Positions 60,001 to 64,000 of a stretch of DNA of 64,000 nucleotides are shown here, piece by piece; the stretch's first letter is position 1, and each line of letters begins with the position of its first letter. This stretch comes from Candidatus Palauibacter scopulicola. GTDB lineage: Bacteria; Gemmatimonadota; Gemmatimonadetes; Palauibacterales; Palauibacteraceae. The stretch is taken from positions 89,429 through 153,428 of the forward strand of contig NZ_CANPWG010000038.1 of assembly GCF_947581915.1 (NCBI RefSeq), given 5' to 3'. The notes beneath the pieces were generated by a model, which was not told where the DNA came from, searched no databases, and saw only the letters and a program-made list of their open reading frames with translations. The translations under genes and the position numbers were made by a program.

Positions 60001-60208
60001 GCTCACTTCCCTGACCACGTTCCTCGGCTTCACGCCCCTGATCCTCGAGCGCGCGATCCAGGCCCAGTTCCTGATACCGTTTGCCGCTTCGCTCGGTTGC
60101 GGCATTCTCTTCATAACGGCCATACTTATGATGGTGGTTCCGGCGCTATGCACTCTACATCTGCGCTTGATGCCGTCGCGGCGTCCTTCGATTCCGAGCG
60201 CCGCATAG
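57001..60208 (+). CDS. RND efflux permease (AcrB/CzcA family), interrupted by a +1 frameshift at 58090-58093
   Basis: Two adjacent ORFs (57001-58236 and 58124-60208) together align with one RND permease. The frame changes within a T4 run (LVALSLF | LQVRLALWVAV). Confidence 0.75.
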
Positions 60209-60242
60209 TGCACGTCGACCGCGGCGAGGCGAGAACCGACAA

Positions 60243-62270
60243 ATGACGGTGCAGAGTCTGAAGGTCGAATCCCTGAGCCTCGTCGACGAACTCATCCTGA
60301 TGCTTCTCGACGAGAAGGGAGGCTACTTCCATCAGGTCCCCGGCTGGCAGCTGAACTGCGCCGTGGTCGGCGGGGTGCTGGCGGAACTCTCCTTCCGGTC
60401 GCGGCTCGACTCGGACCTGACATCCCTGTACGTGGTGGACCGGGCCGAGACGGGCGATCCCGTCCTGGATCCCATCCTGAAGGAGATTGCGGACGAACCG
60501 GTCCAACACACGGCCCGGTACTGGGTCGAACGGCTCGCCCCCCGCGCCGAATCGGTTGTCGACCTGACCCTGGATCGCCTGGTTGAACGGGGGATCCTCC
60601 AACACCACGAGGGCGAATTCTGGACGCTGGCTCCCCCCGTCATGCATCGGCAGCAGTACGGGATGTTCGAGGAAGACGCGACTGACCAGTTCATCAAGGC
60701 GCGCATCGGCAACGTCATCTTCGCCGACGAGGTTCCCGAACCGAGAGACGCCGTCATCGTGTGCCTCGTCAACACCTGCGATGTGTTTCGCCTGATCTTC
60801 GAACTCGATGAAGCGGCGGAGGAGCGCATCAAGTGGATCTGTCAGTTGGACCTGATCGGCCGGTCCATCGCCGCTGTGGTCTCCGAGAACCTCGTCGGTC
60901 CGATCCGGAGACATACTGCTCTCGCCAAGAAGATTCCGACGGTTCCGCTGACCAGGCTGATGCGCAACCCGCATGTTCGCGACGGCAACCTGAACGCGCT
61001 CTTCGGCAGTCTCGCGGAGGAGTACGGCCCGGTGTTCCAGATCCGCCCGCCCTTCTCGAAGCGCATGATCTTCCTGGCCGGACTCGAGACGAATGAATGG
61101 ATGCAAAAGCGCGGGCGCATGTACCTGAGGACCAGGGACTACTTCGCCGACTTCGAGAAGGTCTACGGCGCGGCCGGCGTTCTGCCCGCTCTGGACGGGG
61201 CCGACCACTTCCGGCTTCGCAAGTTCCTGTCGCCGGCCTATTCCCGCACGAGACTTGCAGGGCAGCTGGACGACCTCTACGGCAGGGGGCGCGCGTACAT
61301 GTCGACCCTGACGGTCGGGGACTCCTACCGCGCCACGTCCATGGGCCGGGCCATGGTGAACGCCCAGCTGTCGCCGCTGTTCATCGGCGTCGACACGCAG
61401 GATCTCATGGACGACCTGATGGTCTACAAGGAGCGGGCCCTCAGCGTGCACATCGCCAGGATCCTGCCCAGGTTCACGCTGCATACCCCGGGCATGAGGC
61501 GTCGGGCGGCCGTCCTGGACACGCTGATGAAGCGGATCTTGAGCGTCCATACTCCCGCCCAACGCGTGGACAGCCCGCGGAACCTGGTGGACGACTATCT
61601 CAGCCTGCATGCCAGCGACCCGCAGTTTCTCCCGGAGTCCAACCTGCTCTTCGCTTTTTCCGCGGCTCTGATTGCCAGCGTGTACCTCGGCGACACGTTC
61701 AGCCTCGCAGTCTACGCCATGGTATCGCAGCCGGCGCTCTACGAGAGGATCCGCGCCGAAGCGGATGCGCTGTTTGCCAACGGTGACCCCGAAAAAGAGG
61801 ATTTCACCCCCGCCAACATCGACGTGACGCATCGCTTCCTCATGGAGTGCATGCGCATGTACCCGATCGTGTCCATGTCCGTTCGGAACGTGATGAATAC
61901 CTGCACGGTCGAGAACTACGAGTTGCCCCTGGGGGAACGGGTCCACATCGCCATGACCGCCACGCATTACATGAGCGACATCTTTCCCGAACCCCACAGG
62001 TTCGACATCGACCGCTTCCTGCCGTCGCGTCGTGAGCATCACAGTCTCGGGTTCGCCCCGTACGGGCTGGGTACGCACAAATGTCTCGGCACCCGCTGGA
62101 TGGAGATGCACCTGGCGGCCAACCTGTTGATGCTGGCGCACTATTTCACGATCGAGGTGTCGCCGGCGAAATACGCCCGGAAGCTCCGCTTCAATCCGCT
62201 TCCATCGCTGAAGCCGAGCAAGAAGGTCAGGTTCCGCATCGCCGAGCAGAGGCGGGAGCTGCCCGCCTGA
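60243..62270 (+). CDS. Fusion protein: N-terminal GPP34 (GOLPH3/Vps74-like) domain plus C-terminal cytochrome P450
   Basis: N-terminal LSLVDELILMLLDEKGG is typical of the GPP34 family. C-terminal P450 signatures: ExxR (ECMRMYP), PxRF (PEPHRF), heme loop FAPYGLGTHKCLG. Confidence 0.75.
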   Translation: MTVQSLKVESLSLVDELILMLLDEKGGYFHQVPGWQLNCAVVGGVLAELSFRSRLDSDLTSLYVVDRAETGDPVLDPILKEIADEPVQHTARYWVERLAPRAESVVDLTLDRLVERGILQHHEGEFWTLAPPVMHRQQYGMFEEDATDQFIKARIGNVIFADEVPEPRDAVIVCLVNTCDVFRLIFELDEAAEERIKWICQLDLIGRSIAAVVSENLVGPIRRHTALAKKIPTVPLTRLMRNPHVRDGNLNALFGSLAEEYGPVFQIRPPFSKRMIFLAGLETNEWMQKRGRMYLRTRDYFADFEKVYGAAGVLPALDGADHFRLRKFLSPAYSRTRLAGQLDDLYGRGRAYMSTLTVGDSYRATSMGRAMVNAQLSPLFIGVDTQDLMDDLMVYKERALSVHIARILPRFTLHTPGMRRRAAVLDTLMKRILSVHTPAQRVDSPRNLVDDYLSLHASDPQFLPESNLLFAFSAALIASVYLGDTFSLAVYAMVSQPALYERIRAEADALFANGDPEKEDFTPANIDVTHRFLMECMRMYPIVSMSVRNVMNTCTVENYELPLGERVHIAMTATHYMSDIFPEPHRFDIDRFLPSRREHHSLGFAPYGLGTHKCLGTRWMEMHLAANLLMLAHYFTIEVSPAKYARKLRFNPLPSLKPSKKVRFRIAEQRRELPA

Positions 62271-62281
62271 GCCCCCCCACA

Positions 62282-63313
62282 ATGCGACTCGGCAAACTGT
62301 CGAAAGCGCTGAGAGCTGCGCACGCGGGATCGGGCGTCGCGCGTCGAGTCCGGCACCTCGAAGGCTGGCTTGATCGAGCGGCATCGGAGGCTGCGGGCGC
62401 GGGCACCTACGACCACGCGGAAACGGTCAGGGACTACTACGAGCTGTGCAACGGCTTCATGGTGTACGGCTGGGGCGAATCCCTGCACTTCGCGCCCCTC
62501 ACGCCCAGTGAAAGCCTGGAGGAGTCCAAGCTCCGGCACCAGCGGGCGATGATCTCCATGTTGGAGCTGCAACAGGGCATGGAGGTGATCGACGTCGGGT
62601 GTGGAATCGGCGGCCCCATGCGCCGAGTCGTCCGCGAGGCGGGTGTCAGGGTCGTGGGCATCAACATCAATGAGATCCAGCTGGGGGAGGCGAAGAAGCT
62701 GAACGCCGAGGCGGGGCTGGAGCACATGACCGATTTCAGGAAGCGCAGCTTCGAGGACATGAGCGCCATCGAGGACGACACCTTCGACGCGGGTTACGCG
62801 ATCGAGTCGACGTGCCATGCGCAGGACAAGCAACGCGCGTTCGCGGAGGTATTCCGCGTACTGAAGCCGGGCGCCCTGTTCTGGGGCCAGGAAATGTGCC
62901 TGACGGACCGGTTCGATCCGCGGGACGGCCGGCACCGGACCATCAAGCGGGAGCTCATGCGCGGTATCGCGCTGCACGACATCGCCACGTTCGGAGAAGT
63001 GAATCGCGCTCTCGAAGGGGCGGGATTCCAGGTCATCGAGGGGAGTGACTGGGAGGTCCGGGAAGGACCCGCTACGCCCTGGTATCAACCCATGGAGAGT
63101 CGGCACGGGACGTTGGGGAACGCGGTGCGCAGGCTCCCCTGGGGCCGCAAGGCGTTCATCGCGGGGTCGAAGTTGGCCGAGGTGCTGCGGTTCTTTCCGA
63201 AGGGCTCGGCGGAGGTGGTTCGACTCCTTGACCGAACCGCGGAGGCTTACGTCGCAGGCGGCAAGACGGGCATCTTCACGCCCCTGTATTGTTTCCTGGC
63301 GCGCAAGCCCTAG
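62282..63313 (+). CDS. SAM-dependent methyltransferase of the sterol 24-C-methyltransferase (ERG6/SMT) family
   Basis: SMT region I YYELCNGFMVYGWGESLHFA. SAM motif I VIDVGCGIGGP. Sterol_MT_C-like C-terminal region. Confidence 0.7.
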   Translation: MRLGKLSKALRAAHAGSGVARRVRHLEGWLDRAASEAAGAGTYDHAETVRDYYELCNGFMVYGWGESLHFAPLTPSESLEESKLRHQRAMISMLELQQGMEVIDVGCGIGGPMRRVVREAGVRVVGININEIQLGEAKKLNAEAGLEHMTDFRKRSFEDMSAIEDDTFDAGYAIESTCHAQDKQRAFAEVFRVLKPGALFWGQEMCLTDRFDPRDGRHRTIKRELMRGIALHDIATFGEVNRALEGAGFQVIEGSDWEVREGPATPWYQPMESRHGTLGNAVRRLPWGRKAFIAGSKLAEVLRFFPKGSAEVVRLLDRTAEAYVAGGKTGIFTPLYCFLARKP

Positions 63314-63999
63314 TCGGCGCTGCGGTCAGGGCTTCGAGGCGCCATCGCCGGGTCCGGATAGAACTGTCGGCAGTGTCGGCGGTACTTCCCGATGGGGCCG
63401 TCCGTCCGGCAAAGCCGCGGGGGAGACCGGTAGCGCTTCCTGTCCCAGATCACGATGTCCTGCAGGACGAACCGCCTCTCCTCGCGGAGGATGAAGTAAT
63501 TCAGCACCCGGTGGCGCAGCGGCACGGGCAGGAAGCCCAGGCCCGAGATGAACCGCCCCGGTTTCCGGATCTCCCGCACCTGATTGACCATCGTCAACTC
63601 CACGAATTCGCCGTCGACGGGCGTCGTAAGCACCCACATGCGCGACCTTATGCCGACCGACTTCTCGTGAATCTCGACGAAGGAGTAGCCGAGTCCGTGG
63701 ACGTGCGTGATGACCGAGACTTCGGAATGAATGTCCACCAGACCCAGGATCCGGCGCACCGCCTTGAAGTCGAAACAACTCTTCAGGTAGGCGCCGTCGA
63801 CGGAAAAGTCGGTCGGCTCCACGTCGTGGTAGCCATGTGTGTACTCGAGGTGCTCCACGTCCACGGAGTTTTCCGTCGTCTCCTGGGGATGGCCTCGAAA
63901 CCGCAGCTTGCAGGATCGGAGCCCGGTCCACTGGGCGCCGGTGGGTGGTTCGTCCGGCAGGTGCCACTGGGGGGCTCGGCCGCCGCTCCCCCACCAGGC
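63310..63999 (-). CDS. Rieske-type non-heme iron oxygenase, catalytic domain (partial; N-terminal Rieske domain lies beyond the window edge)
   Basis: Frame open to the window end. Mononuclear-iron motif ENSVDVEHLEYTH (E-N-x2-D-x2-H-x4-H). C-terminal LQDIVIWDRK resembles the oxygenase QDxxI motif. Confidence 0.55.
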   Translation of the reverse strand, partial: AWWGSGGRAPQWHLPDEPPTGAQWTGLRSCKLRFRGHPQETTENSVDVEHLEYTHGYHDVEPTDFSVDGAYLKSCFDFKAVRRILGLVDIHSEVSVITHVHGLGYSFVEIHEKSVGIRSRMWVLTTPVDGEFVELTMVNQVREIRKPGRFISGLGFLPVPLRHRVLNYFILREERRFVLQDIVIWDRKRYRSPPRLCRTDGPIGKYRRHCRQFYPDPAMAPRSPDRSAD

Positions 64000-64000
64000 G

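Noticed and set aside
1-64000. CRISPR arrays, tRNA/rRNA genes, insertion sequences, integrases
   Set aside because: No regularly spaced direct repeats and no cloverleaf-like conserved tRNA stretches in any intergenic gap. No transposase or integrase homology in any frame near the low-GC islets (AbiE, Fic).

Overview
This window is a high-GC (about 70%), densely coding stretch of Gram-negative bacterial chromosome. I judge the Gram-negative origin from the gene content: Skp, a TolC-like protein, RND efflux, a TonB-dependent-receptor plug, and Tat lipoproteins. I cannot narrow the phylum further than Gemmatimonadota-like or Myxococcota-like. I can support 53 protein-coding genes. I found no rRNA, tRNA, CRISPR array, transposase or integrase.

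The housekeeping backbone includes the C-terminal end of gcvP, polA, priA, trpF, queF, tatA, cspA, skp, a lipoate-protein ligase, a soluble lytic transglycosylase and an RpoD-family sigma factor.

The accessory and unusual content is as follows:
- A Tat-exported xanthine-dehydrogenase-family molybdoenzyme operon (2Fe-2S, Moco and FAD subunits) joined to a membrane cytochrome b.
- A cluster encoding a dGTPase-like HD phosphohydrolase, a MoaA-like radical-SAM protein with C-terminal auxiliary cysteine motifs, and a metallophosphoesterase.
- An AbiEi/AbiEii type IV toxin-antitoxin pair with a low-GC left flank.
- A Fic AMPylase and an M8 (leishmanolysin-like) protease that diverge from an AT-rich control region carrying a near-consensus sigma70-type promoter.
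- A gene fusing a sodium-coupled NSS transporter to an amidohydrolase.
- queF in one operon with two transporters.
- A TonB-dependent receptor that stops after its plug domain.
- An RND efflux operon whose permease is split by a +1 frameshift in a T4 run.
- At the right edge, a GPP34 (GOLPH3-like)-cytochrome P450 fusion, an ERG6-type sterol C-methyltransferase homologue, and a partial Rieske-type oxygenase. I read these three as a candidate sterol or triterpenoid lipid-tailoring cluster.

The six-frame track contains many long antisense or out-of-frame ORFs. These are artefacts of GC richness and are not called. Several start codons are uncertain (lipoate-protein ligase, HDAC-like protein, trpF, M8 protease, priA, tatA).
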